Virus record (IMG/VR): IMGVR_UViG_3300025738_000172
Span: 1 to 45,421 of that record
Length of the DNA stretch: 45,421 bases
Reading direction: 5' to 3' (one strand)
From: a virus
Taxonomy: Duplodnaviria > Caudoviricetes
This document shows positions 37,927-45,421 of the stretch, piece after piece (the stretch's first letter is position 1; the number at the start of each line of letters is the position of its first letter). The position numbers and the translations under genes are program-made. The notes beneath the pieces are model-generated. The model was not told the DNA's origin, searched no databases, and saw only the letters and a list, made by a program, of their open reading frames with translations.

Positions 37927-38391
37927 GTGGACATAAAAAAACTTTTATCCCTTAATGTTATTTCGCTAATGAAAGCGAAAGGGATAGCTAACGCTAAGGC
38001 ATTGTCAGAGTTAACTCAGTCTGACGAAGGTGGGTTAGACAGATCTTACACTGCTGGCATTATCAGAAAGGGTGGTGATGGTGTAAATATATCCTTGGCA
38101 AAGCTTGATAATTTGTCTCAAGGCCTAAATGTTGAGCCGTGGCAGCTATTACATCCGCTTGGTTTTAATGAACAAGGCACTAGCTTGACGGCTGATAACG
38201 ACATAGATTTACCAACGTTAACAAAAGCGATAATTTATAGTGAAACCGTATGTAAGGAAACTAATATAGATGATCAAGAGTTTAAGGCAAAAGCAATCGC
38301 TCTTACCTACGGATCTTTTTTAAATAACGATGAAGACAAAATGAACATTGACCTTATGAAGTTAATTAACGATAGAAATACAACTAAGTAA
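37927..38391 (+). CDS. CI-like repressor, HTH without S24 autocleavage domain
   Basis: GTG start after GGAG; NISLAKLDNLSQGLNVEPWQLL XRE signature; helical C-terminus. Confidence 0.75.
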   Translation: MDIKKLLSLNVISLMKAKGIANAKALSELTQSDEGGLDRSYTAGIIRKGGDGVNISLAKLDNLSQGLNVEPWQLLHPLGFNEQGTSLTADNDIDLPTLTKAIIYSETVCKETNIDDQEFKAKAIALTYGSFLNNDEDKMNIDLMKLINDRNTTK

Positions 38392-38395
38392 TTTA

Positions 38396-38668
38396 CTAAC
38401 GATTTTCCGCTATCGCGTTCGCGACAATCACTTTAGAGTGCGATAACAACTTATCCCTTTTAACCTTATATCTCAATCTCTCTATAGCCTGAGCTTGTGG
38501 ATTATTTATTTCATCAATAAGCTTGTCTTCTTCAAGCATTGCAAGTGCATTAATACTACCTTTTGCTACATACCTTGCTTTTAATACACCCAGTGCACAT
38601 AAAGCTAATTTAGTAGCAAGCATGAAACAGCCTGCTATTATAATCATTGCGACGGTCATACTTTCCAT
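38396..38668 (-). CDS. Small single-TM protein
   Basis: Hydrophobic N-terminus; overlaps the stop of the upstream membrane gene. Confidence 0.7.
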   Translation of the reverse strand: MESMTVAMIIIAGCFMLATKLALCALGVLKARYVAKGSINALAMLEEDKLIDEINNPQAQAIERLRYKVKRDKLLSHSKVIVANAIAENR

Positions 38669-39150
38669 TTTTTGTATTCCTTTATTTTTTCTATTAGATT
38701 AAAAGCCAGTGGAATAGTCACTGTTGTAATAATTGCGATGTTATACGCATTCATTAATAGTGGATAAAAACTATCCGTATAAACATAGTTAAATCTGTGA
38801 GCGTCAGGCAGCCTAATTAGTTGAATCAAAAAACTGAAAGCTTGCAAGGTACAAATAGCAGCGAACTGCCACTCGGTTATTCTTTTTAGTCGATAAATAG
38901 CAAAAAGAACCAACATATAGATGCTATCTAAACCAACCCAAAAGACATAACGCCAAATATGTTCCGGGTCATTTACTTTAAAGTCACATTGCAGGTTGTA
39001 CCCAACCCAAAAACTTAAAGCCGTAAAAAAAGATAAAAAAAGGGATTTTTTATTCTTCAATGAAAAACTTAGGCCTACCAAAATAATAGATATCAAAACA
39101 TACCTATTAAACAACATTTGTAGCTGAGGGTCGAAAGAACACATTTCCAT
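38656..39150 (-). CDS. Multi-pass (about 5 TM) membrane protein
   Basis: Hydrophobic helices with embedded polar residues (WVGLDS, IQLIRLPD, MNAYN). Confidence 0.8.
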   Translation of the reverse strand: MEMCSFDPQLQMLFNRYVLISIILVGLSFSLKNKKSLFLSFFTALSFWVGYNLQCDFKVNDPEHIWRYVFWVGLDSIYMLVLFAIYRLKRITEWQFAAICTLQAFSFLIQLIRLPDAHRFNYVYTDSFYPLLMNAYNIAIITTVTIPLAFNLIEKIKEYKKWKV

Positions 39151-39219
39151 TACCAATCCCTTTTTTAAATCTATTGTTATAAACGGTAACGCTTATAGCA
39201 ACCTAACATCCCTAAATAA

Positions 39220-39267
39220 CTATGTTTTATCTGGGTCTTTGTCATCACCATTACCTTGTCCTGGCAT
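39220..39267 (-). CDS. 15-aa peptide MPGQGNGDDKDPDKT
   Basis: Strong RBS AAGGAGAG-TGACT-ATG; promoter upstream; hairpin at 39176-39199 downstream. Confidence 0.7.
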   Translation of the reverse strand: MPGQGNGDDKDPDKT

Positions 39268-39300
39268 AGTCACTCTCCTTTTGATTGTTAAAAGACATAA

Positions 39301-39351
39301 AGTTTGCAGTTATATTTGATTATTGTCAACAATGATCTATTATATTCTACA
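39301..39351 (-). promoter_or_regulatory. Promoter of the peptide operon with adjacent operator-like site
   Basis: TTGACA(39329-39324)-17-CAAACT; ATTATATTCTACA at 39339-39351. Confidence 0.6.
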
Positions 39352-39383
39352 ATTAGACTTTTAATTTATTGTTCTACGTTATT

Positions 39384-39407
39384 AAAACACCTCAAAGAGG
39401 TGGTTTT
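39384..39407. terminator. Hairpin in divergent intergenic region
   Basis: AAAACACCTC-AAA-GAGGTGGTTTT. Confidence 0.45.
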
Positions 39408-39550
39408 CTAAAACATTAGAACACGATATATAGCAAGTGTATGTAAGACATTGCCCATTTGACGAAAAAATTCACTTTCCGTCTATGAGGTTGACGGCTT
39501 TTTAATGCCGATAGTATTAACCTAAGCATACAATTCAAAGGCTCGGAAAA

Positions 39551-39856
39551 TTGTTGGATATTCAACGAGGTGACAGAATAAAAAAACTAATGAAAGATCG
39601 CGGCATCACACGTGACGAGCTTTCTGCGTCATCAGGTTACTCCGCTGGCATTATTTCAAGAATTCGAAAAGGCCATGACTTAAGCTCTGAGCAATTATTG
39701 ATCATTTGCCAGCTTCTTAATGCAAGTCCAAATCATATATTAGGCTTCTCTAACTATTCACTAGAAGTAGAGTTCATCAAAACAAGCCTTAACAGACTAA
39801 AAAACAAAGACTTAAACCTACTCATAATTGATACCATCTCATTAATAGAAAAATAA
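39551..39856 (+). CDS. XRE-family HTH regulator
   Basis: GDRIKKLMKDRGITRDELS...ISRIRKG...ICQLLNASPNHILG. Confidence 0.85.
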   Translation: MLDIQRGDRIKKLMKDRGITRDELSASSGYSAGIISRIRKGHDLSSEQLLIICQLLNASPNHILGFSNYSLEVEFIKTSLNRLKNKDLNLLIIDTISLIEK

Positions 39857-39860
39857 TTCT

Positions 39861-39930
39861 ATTATACTCTACAGCATTGTTGACTTTACACTACGTAAGC
39901 TTATACTCTACATATGGATTATATTCTACA
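39861..39930 (+). promoter_or_regulatory. pL promoter with three direct-repeat operators
   Basis: TTGACT-16-TATACT; TTATAYTCTACA-containing sites at 39861, 39900 and 39918. Confidence 0.8.
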
Positions 39931-40010
39931 TTAAAGCTTGTAAAATAACCTTGCGAGTATATCTATATAAATATTTCTTTACTATTACACGTCATTACAA
40001 GGGATTGACA

Positions 40011-40274
40011 ATGAACGCAACAGCAAGTGGACCAGCAACAAACCTAAACGAAAACGCACTATATGAGCTTTTTCAACATAGCACGGCTGACTTTAGTAAT
40101 GGTGAAGTTGAACTTTATGATGTGGTTGGTAAAGCACTAGCAGATGAAAAGGATTTATTGCTGACATTGGTCGCACGTATTGCGCAGAATGATTTATATG
40201 CACCCACTGAACTGAGATTGTTATTAAGTGGGATTGCAGCACAAAAAAACTTAGAAATGGCGAGTTGCCATTAG
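40011..40274 (+). CDS. Hypothetical early protein
   Basis: ATG at 40011 after AAGGGA. Confidence 0.65.
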   Translation: MNATASGPATNLNENALYELFQHSTADFSNGEVELYDVVGKALADEKDLLLTLVARIAQNDLYAPTELRLLLSGIAAQKNLEMASCH

Positions 40275-40365
40275 TAAAGAAAACGGCCGCAGCATCTTGG
40301 TGGAAGTAACGGCCATTAACCACCGATAACAAGCGTTATCGGACTTACAAACCGGAGTATATAAG

Positions 40366-40623
40366 ATGAATACATTATCATCAACAGCAAATATTAATAA
40401 ACAATTAGACCAAATCAGCAGCGCTACAGCAGCAGCGAAGCGTGCTGGCTTACTTATTAACACAGCATTTGAAGGTGATTTCTTTTGTTGCATCGCAATG
40501 GAACAAAACATCAATCGCACAATCGACTTAACCAACGAAAATGCAAGCGTAAAGCTTAACTCCTTATTAGAACATATTCATGGTGTAACCCCTTCAAGTG
40601 TCGCGTTACAAGGGGGTCACTAA
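40366..40623 (+). CDS. Hypothetical early protein
   Basis: GGAG RBS. Confidence 0.7.
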   Translation: MNTLSSTANINKQLDQISSATAAAKRAGLLINTAFEGDFFCCIAMEQNINRTIDLTNENASVKLNSLLEHIHGVTPSSVALQGGH

Positions 40624-40937
40624 TGTCTAAAAATACAGAAGTAATTAATTTACTAACTAAATTAACCACCTTAGCAACAGAAGCGCCTAGCCATATTGTT
40701 GATGTAACCGTCACGGTTGCTGGCCATATAAAAGGGATCAGCATTTCGGTTGTCACTAATTGTTCAGCTCAGATGTACCGTGATGGTAAACAGCCTGAGC
40801 CAGTTATTAGTTCTCACTTTGAACTAGACAGCAAGCAAGCAAAACAGCGCCTTATTGCCGCTATCCTCACAGTGCAACACTTAATGCTAAAGCATGAAGA
40901 AAAAAGCAAAAACAACGCTGTAAATGAAGCAGCTTAA
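40623..40937 (+). CDS. Hypothetical early protein
   Basis: TAATG coupling. Confidence 0.7.
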   Translation: MSKNTEVINLLTKLTTLATEAPSHIVDVTVTVAGHIKGISISVVTNCSAQMYRDGKQPEPVISSHFELDSKQAKQRLIAAILTVQHLMLKHEEKSKNNAVNEAA

Positions 40938-40946
40938 CTTCCACCA

Positions 40947-40981
40947 GGCGGCTTGCGTTTCATACTCCGCGCGAGTCGCCC
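40947..40981 (+). other. GC-rich hairpin (processing or termination signal)
   Basis: GGCGGCTTGCG...CGCGAGTCGCC. Confidence 0.5.
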
Positions 40982-41055
40982 CCTTACGGGAATATAACTA
41001 TGTTTTGTATTTACGGTAAAAGCAGAATTTTAGCAAAAAAACAGTGGGTAAGCTC

Positions 41056-41388
41056 ATGCTTAATAAAAATAGCGATGTGAATAAAGAAATAGCTGAACTC
41101 ATCAATGCTACGCAAGATGAAAAGCAATTTGTAATCGATAAGTACATTGATAAAGAGTTTTTTGTAATGAAGCGCAAACGCTGTACGCATGAATTTAGTA
41201 CACCGCATATAGCCAGTGAAGCTTTAGTTTTAATGCATAAAGACACTGTTAATTTTTCAGATTTAGTTTTAATGAAAAAGGTAAACAAGTTAAGCGCTGA
41301 GCTAAAAATATTAGTAAGCAAAGCAACTGGCAAGCCATTAATGGAATGGGTGCCTATAAACCAAGAAATCAAATTACTGGCGGCTTAG
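41056..41388 (+). CDS. Hypothetical early protein
   Basis: ORF in operon orientation. Confidence 0.6.
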   Translation: MLNKNSDVNKEIAELINATQDEKQFVIDKYIDKEFFVMKRKRCTHEFSTPHIASEALVLMHKDTVNFSDLVLMKKVNKLSAELKILVSKATGKPLMEWVPINQEIKLLAA

Positions 41389-41418
41389 CCTCCTACAACA
41401 ACTTAAAAGGTAAAGAAC

Positions 41419-42570
41419 ATGTGGTTTAACAATTTATATATTTTCGCTTTTACTCAGTCATTCACTTGGACACTAGAGCAATTAGAAAAAAATCTTTCTG
41501 AGTGCTTGTTCGTTCCTTGTGCCTCTACTGAAATGTCGCATTTTGGCTGGACTCAAGCACTTGGTAAGCATGGTGATGGTATTGTCCATCAAGGTAATGA
41601 CAATTTATTAGTTTGTGCTCGCAAAGAAGAAAAAATGTTACCTGCTTCTGTCATCAAAGACATGGTAGAAGAAAAAGTAAATTTGCTTGAAGTTGAGCAC
41701 GGCCGAGGCGCTACCAAAAAAGAAAGAGAACAATTTAAAGAAGACATTACTTTTGAATTATTACCACGAGCATTCTCTCGCGTTACTGATACACACGCAT
41801 ACATTAGCCCTAAAGATAATATTATTGTTATTAACGCAAGTAGTCGCGGTAAAGCTGAAGATTTATTGGCTCTATTAAGAAAGTCACTTGGTACTTTACC
41901 CGTGACGAGTTTTGACCCTGATATCACAGTAGATGAAACCATGACAAATTGGTTGAACGAGAAAAACTTAGGGGGCAAATTCACTTTAGGTATGGAAGCT
42001 GAATTTCATGCGCTTGGTGATGATGGTGCAATTGCCAGAGTTAAAAACCAAGACTTATCAAGTGATGAAGTAAAAGCACATTTAGATGCTGACAAGTACG
42101 TGACTAAAGTAGCGCTTGAATGGGATGAATCAATGTCATTTATCTTGAATGATGATTTATCAATTAAACGCCTTAAATTCTTTGATGTTATTCATGAACA
42201 AAATGACGATCTTGATAGTGATGATGTATTAGCGAAACTTGATGCTGATTTTATTCTAATGGCTGGTGAAATAAATCGATTAATACATGATTTATTAGTT
42301 GAGTTTGGCCTTAAGAGTGATGAATACCTAGATGGTTCAAAAGAAGAAATTAGAACTAAATCCTTGCCTGAAAATGACGAGTTAGATTGTTTATATGACC
42401 AAGCTAAAGAGTTTGTTATCGAAACAAGAAAAGTTTCTGTATCTAGCATTCAACGAAAATTTCGCATTGGTTACAACCGAGCAGCTCGCATTGTTGAGCA
42501 TCTAGAAAATAACGACATTGTTTCTGAACCTGGTCACAACGGCTCAAGAGAAGTTTTAGCAGCAGCTTAA
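41419..42570 (+). CDS. rdgC: Recombination-associated protein RdgC fused to a C-terminal FtsK gamma domain
   Basis: MWFNNL...[11 protein letters not shown]...LLPRAFSR...[11 protein letters not shown]; C-terminal LYDQAKEFV...[21 protein letters not shown]. Confidence 0.92.
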   Translation: MWFNNLYIFAFTQSFTWTLEQLEKNLSECLFVPCASTEMSHFGWTQALGKHGDGIVHQGNDNLLVCARKEEKMLPASVIKDMVEEKVNLLEVEHGRGATKKEREQFKEDITFELLPRAFSRVTDTHAYISPKDNIIVINASSRGKAEDLLALLRKSLGTLPVTSFDPDITVDETMTNWLNEKNLGGKFTLGMEAEFHALGDDGAIARVKNQDLSSDEVKAHLDADKYVTKVALEWDESMSFILNDDLSIKRLKFFDVIHEQNDDLDSDDVLAKLDADFILMAGEINRLIHDLLVEFGLKSDEYLDGSKEEIRTKSLPENDELDCLYDQAKEFVIETRKVSVSSIQRKFRIGYNRAARIVEHLENNDIVSEPGHNGSREVLAAA

Positions 42571-42620
42571 TAATTAACTAAGCGCTGTCTATGATGGCGC
42601 CATAATCTTTGGTGGAAGAT

Positions 42621-43481
42621 ATGAATACTCAATTAGCAGAACAACAAATAGAACAAGCATTGCCTTTGGAACGAGCTATAGCTCAGCTTATAGCTTCATA
42701 CCATGCAGATAATGCAGAAGTTACAGAACTACAGCAATCAGCAGTTAATTTATCTGAAGAAAATTCATTTTTAAAGCTGCAAGTTGAAACATTAACTGGT
42801 CGCATTGATTCAGTTACTGGTGAAAATCAACAATTAAAAAATACGGTGAATGAATTTGAAGAACGCTTTGAAACGCTCGCAAAACAAAAAGACGTGGTTT
42901 TACTTAACGCAGAAAAACACATGCAAATGCTTGAGCAAGCCCAGCGCCAAGAACAGCAAGCCCGAAATAAAGTAAAGGATCTAGAGCTCCAACTAAAAGC
43001 ATATAAAGAAATTGCCAATAGCCCTAAAAAAATCCGCGATAAAATTAAAGACTTTCAAGCGCGATTACTTAAAGAAAAAGGTTTTACTGAACAGCATAAG
43101 AAAAACCTTAAAACGGCTAATGACGAGATTAAGAAGTTCAAAGCTGAAGTTATGTCATTAGCTCATAAGCTTGCCGTATCAGATATAACTCAATTACATC
43201 GCAACGAGCAAGACTACATTTGCTTATTTCCTCATGAACTTGGTGACATTGAAGGTTATGAATCGGGTCAAATACCACTGCTTTATATGCATTCCACTGG
43301 TCGCAGTAGCTTAGTTCTACTTAATAACGATGGTGAAGCCGAACTTGCACCGGCTCCTAAAGGTGGTTTACGTCCTAAGAAATCGACCCTTGCACATTGT
43401 GGTCAGTTATTAAGGCGCTTTAAATCTCAAGGTTGGACGTTAACCGATAGCGATGTTAAATCAATTGTTATGCAGAACTAA
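42621..43481 (+). CDS. Long coiled-coil protein
   Basis: Heptad-rich Q/E/K/L sequence with a globular C-terminus. Confidence 0.75.
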   Translation: MNTQLAEQQIEQALPLERAIAQLIASYHADNAEVTELQQSAVNLSEENSFLKLQVETLTGRIDSVTGENQQLKNTVNEFEERFETLAKQKDVVLLNAEKHMQMLEQAQRQEQQARNKVKDLELQLKAYKEIANSPKKIRDKIKDFQARLLKEKGFTEQHKKNLKTANDEIKKFKAEVMSLAHKLAVSDITQLHRNEQDYICLFPHELGDIEGYESGQIPLLYMHSTGRSSLVLLNNDGEAELAPAPKGGLRPKKSTLAHCGQLLRRFKSQGWTLTDSDVKSIVMQN

Positions 43482-43490
43482 GGAAGGATC

Positions 43491-44087
43491 ATGACTGAGC
43501 AAAAGAAATATTCCATTATTTATGCTGATCCACCTTGGCAGTTTGGCAATAAAAATATTGGCGCAACAGGTAAGTCTGGTGCATCAAGTAAATATATGAC
43601 AACTAGTATTGATGATTTAAAAGCAATGGACGTTGATTCAATAACTAATGACGATGCGATTTTATTCATGTGGTGGGTTGGATCTATGCCACAGGAGGCT
43701 ATCGACTTAGTTAAAGCTTGGGGTTTTACCCTTAAAAACATGAACGGCATAGTGTGGAATAAACTGACAAGAAATAGCAACCCTCACTTTGGAATGGGCT
43801 TTTGGACCAGAGCAGGAAGCGAGTCAGTACTGATTGCGACCAAGGGAAAAATCAAGCCAAAATCACGTTCAGTAAGGGCTGTTTTTAATTGTGAGAGCCA
43901 AGTTCAGTTTGAAGGTAAAATTTTAAGACATTCAGAAAAGCCAAAACAAGTACGTGAATTAATTATTGAGCTCGCTGGTGATCTACCTAGATTAGAAATG
44001 TTTAATCGTGATGATAGTTGGGATGTTTTTGGTAACGAGTCAAAAAACTCAATAGAAATAAACTGTGAACAAAAAGGGGCAGCATAA
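43491..44087 (+). CDS. MT-A70 family adenine methyltransferase
   Basis: IIYADPPW, LFMW, AWGF, HSEKP, PRLEMF. Confidence 0.92.
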   Translation: MTEQKKYSIIYADPPWQFGNKNIGATGKSGASSKYMTTSIDDLKAMDVDSITNDDAILFMWWVGSMPQEAIDLVKAWGFTLKNMNGIVWNKLTRNSNPHFGMGFWTRAGSESVLIATKGKIKPKSRSVRAVFNCESQVQFEGKILRHSEKPKQVRELIIELAGDLPRLEMFNRDDSWDVFGNESKNSIEINCEQKGAA

Positions 44088-44335
44088 TGTTAACCAACGA
44101 AGCAGCTGAACATATGCATAGCCAAGGTGGCTTTTACACTGCCGCCAAACTTGCCAGTGAAACTAATATGTCAGCAAAAGAAGCTAGCGGTATCTTATAC
44201 AACATTCGCCAAGGTAAAAAGTATCAAACTAATGAAACATCTTTACCTGGTAGAAAAGCAAAAGTAATAGCCATAAACGGCAGTAAACAATCAAAAGCTA
44301 ACTTATGGCGTTTGGCCATGTTCGGGGCAGCATAA
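44087..44335 (+). CDS. Hypothetical (possible winged-helix) protein
   Basis: YTAAKLASETNMSAKEASGILYNI. Confidence 0.6.
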   Translation: MLTNEAAEHMHSQGGFYTAAKLASETNMSAKEASGILYNIRQGKKYQTNETSLPGRKAKVIAINGSKQSKANLWRLAMFGAA

Positions 44336-44529
44336 TGGGAGCGGTCGATTTAACTAAGCTAGTTTACTTTACTGAAGCTGAAATGCTTTCAATATTGAAG
44401 ATATCTCAAGTCACGCTATGGCGTTATAGAAAACAAGAGTTTAATCCCTTCCCTAAGCCAATCTGGCTAGGGAAAAATCAATACCTTGAAACTGAAGTAA
44501 TGGAATGGCTTTTAGCCAACCGCAGGTAG
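44335..44529 (+). CDS. AlpA/excisionase-family HTH protein
   Basis: EMLSILKISQVTLWRYRK...FPKPI.LG...EVMEWL. Confidence 0.85.
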   Translation: MGAVDLTKLVYFTEAEMLSILKISQVTLWRYRKQEFNPFPKPIWLGKNQYLETEVMEWLLANRR

Positions 44530-44545
44530 ACCAGAAAAATATTTA

Positions 44546-44575
44546 TTGACAAAAAAGCATGTAATGAGCCAAACT
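44546..44575 (+). promoter_or_regulatory. Promoter of the c4/antirepressor unit
   Basis: TTGACA-18-CAAACT. Confidence 0.5.
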
Positions 44576-44686
44576 AAAAAGGTAAGTGCAAAATCACTTA
44601 CCGGTTTTAGTAGGCCGAACTCAAAAGGCGTAATAAACACGCCCTCTCTTTCAGAGAAATTACGCGTGTTTTTTTACACCTCTATT

Positions 44687-44763
44687 ATGATAGGTGGATA
44701 TTGGGAAGCTTCGGCTTGCCGTTTCCTTTTGAGCGGTCTACTAACCCGATATTCGCCTGTCAC
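44687..44763 (+). ncRNA. c4-like antisense RNA
   Basis: Closing stem GATAGGTGGATATTGGG/CCCGATATTCGCCTGTC, AAGC-TTCG-GCTT hairpin, internal CCTTTTGAG and CTACTAA segments complementary to flanking sites. Confidence 0.75.
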
Positions 44764-44815
44764 CCTTATTTTAGTAGGTAAGTTGACAGGTTTCCTAAAT
44801 CAAAAGGAGACAATC

Positions 44816-45421
44816 ATGTCTAACTTAACTATTTTAAATACCGAAATCCGCACGCTAGATAACCTTTACTCGCTTAATGACCTGCATAACATTTCTGGTA
44901 AAGCCAAAAAAAACCAACCAGCTAATTTTATTCGTTTAGATCAAACCCAAGAGCTAATTGCAGTAATAATAGGTTACCCAGATATGGGCAACCTTGATAA
45001 AACAAGTTCCTCAGATCTGAGGAACCCTTTAAAAGTGGTGCGCGGTATAGGAACTTTTGCTAGTAAAGAATTAGTTTATGCTTATGCGATGTGGGTCAGC
45101 CCTAAATTTCACTTACATGTTATTCGGTCGTTTGATGCTTTGCATACGCAAGCACTCAAAATCAACAGTCCCCAAAAAATAAAACATCCGTTAGCCAATT
45201 TACCGCTTAAAGATCCTAAAATGGCAGGTTGTCGTTGCGTGGTTAGCTATAACGATAAGGGCGAAATGGATCACAATTTATTACCGCTACCTGAAAGTTT
45301 CAAATTTATGAGCGGTAATCGATTGGTTGAAGACATGACCCAAGTTTTACAAGCGCTTGAGCGAATTGATGGCTATGCAAAGTTAAACTTATTTGCGCCA
45401 GTATTTAAAGCAAGTAAATAA
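44816..45421 (+). CDS. KilA-N domain antirepressor-like protein
   Basis: AAGGAG RBS; YSLNDLH..SG....QPANFIRL..TQELI...GTFASKELVYAYAMWVSPKFHLHVIRSFD. Confidence 0.9.
   Translation: MSNLTILNTEIRTLDNLYSLNDLHNISGKAKKNQPANFIRLDQTQELIAVIIGYPDMGNLDKTSSSDLRNPLKVVRGIGTFASKELVYAYAMWVSPKFHLHVIRSFDALHTQALKINSPQKIKHPLANLPLKDPKMAGCRCVVSYNDKGEMDHNLLPLPESFKFMSGNRLVEDMTQVLQALERIDGYAKLNLFAPVFKASK

Larger units (their letters stand above)
1..45421. mobile_element. Temperate lambdoid siphovirus prophage/phage genome, HK97-type head, near complete
   Basis: Ordered immunity, replication, Q-like, lysis, HNH/terminase, portal, protease, capsid, tail tube and tape measure modules; no host housekeeping genes seen. 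Confidence 0.95.

Noticed and set aside
44687-44763. Cloverleaf-like structure as a tRNA
   Set aside because: No T-loop/D-loop consensus; complementarity to flanking sites fits a c4-type RNA
44546-44815. 90-aa N-terminal extension of the KilA-N ORF
   Set aside because: The TTG start is the -35 box; the region is structured RNA and a strong RBS precedes ATG 44816 (an Ash-like reading cannot be fully excluded)
1-45421. attL/attR or terminal direct repeats at the window ends
   Set aside because: Both ends coincide with stop codons and share no visible repeat; boundaries cannot be determined

Overview
The window is a near-complete, AT-rich temperate lambdoid siphovirus (pro)phage genome. The host is probably a marine gammaproteobacterium (Alteromonadales-like; inferred only from protein character and composition). 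The minus strand reads cro - replication (O-like with iterons, DnaC-like loader) - an internal tyrosine recombinase - HAD/RusA/HTH/Q-like - lysis - HNH/cos/terminase - HK97-type head - non-contractile tail - tail accessory genes including a sulfotransferase. The plus strand carries a non-cleavable CI-like repressor, the early-left operon (RdgC-FtsK-gamma fusion, MT-A70 methylase, AlpA, c4-RNA-controlled KilA-N antirepressor) and a separately regulated block at 1-3535. The most notable unannotated signal is a 15-aa peptide + multi-TM membrane protein + small TM protein + divergent XRE regulator module inside the immunity region (candidate peptide-signalling lysis/lysogeny system). Other notable signals: a 19-aa leader peptide/terminator/DUF4760-like moron, a duplicated promoter-hairpin-RBS element driving antisense cargo genes, and a three-operator switch controlling a secreted PD-(D/E)XK-like protein. 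All family assignments come from reading motifs by eye, not from database searches.
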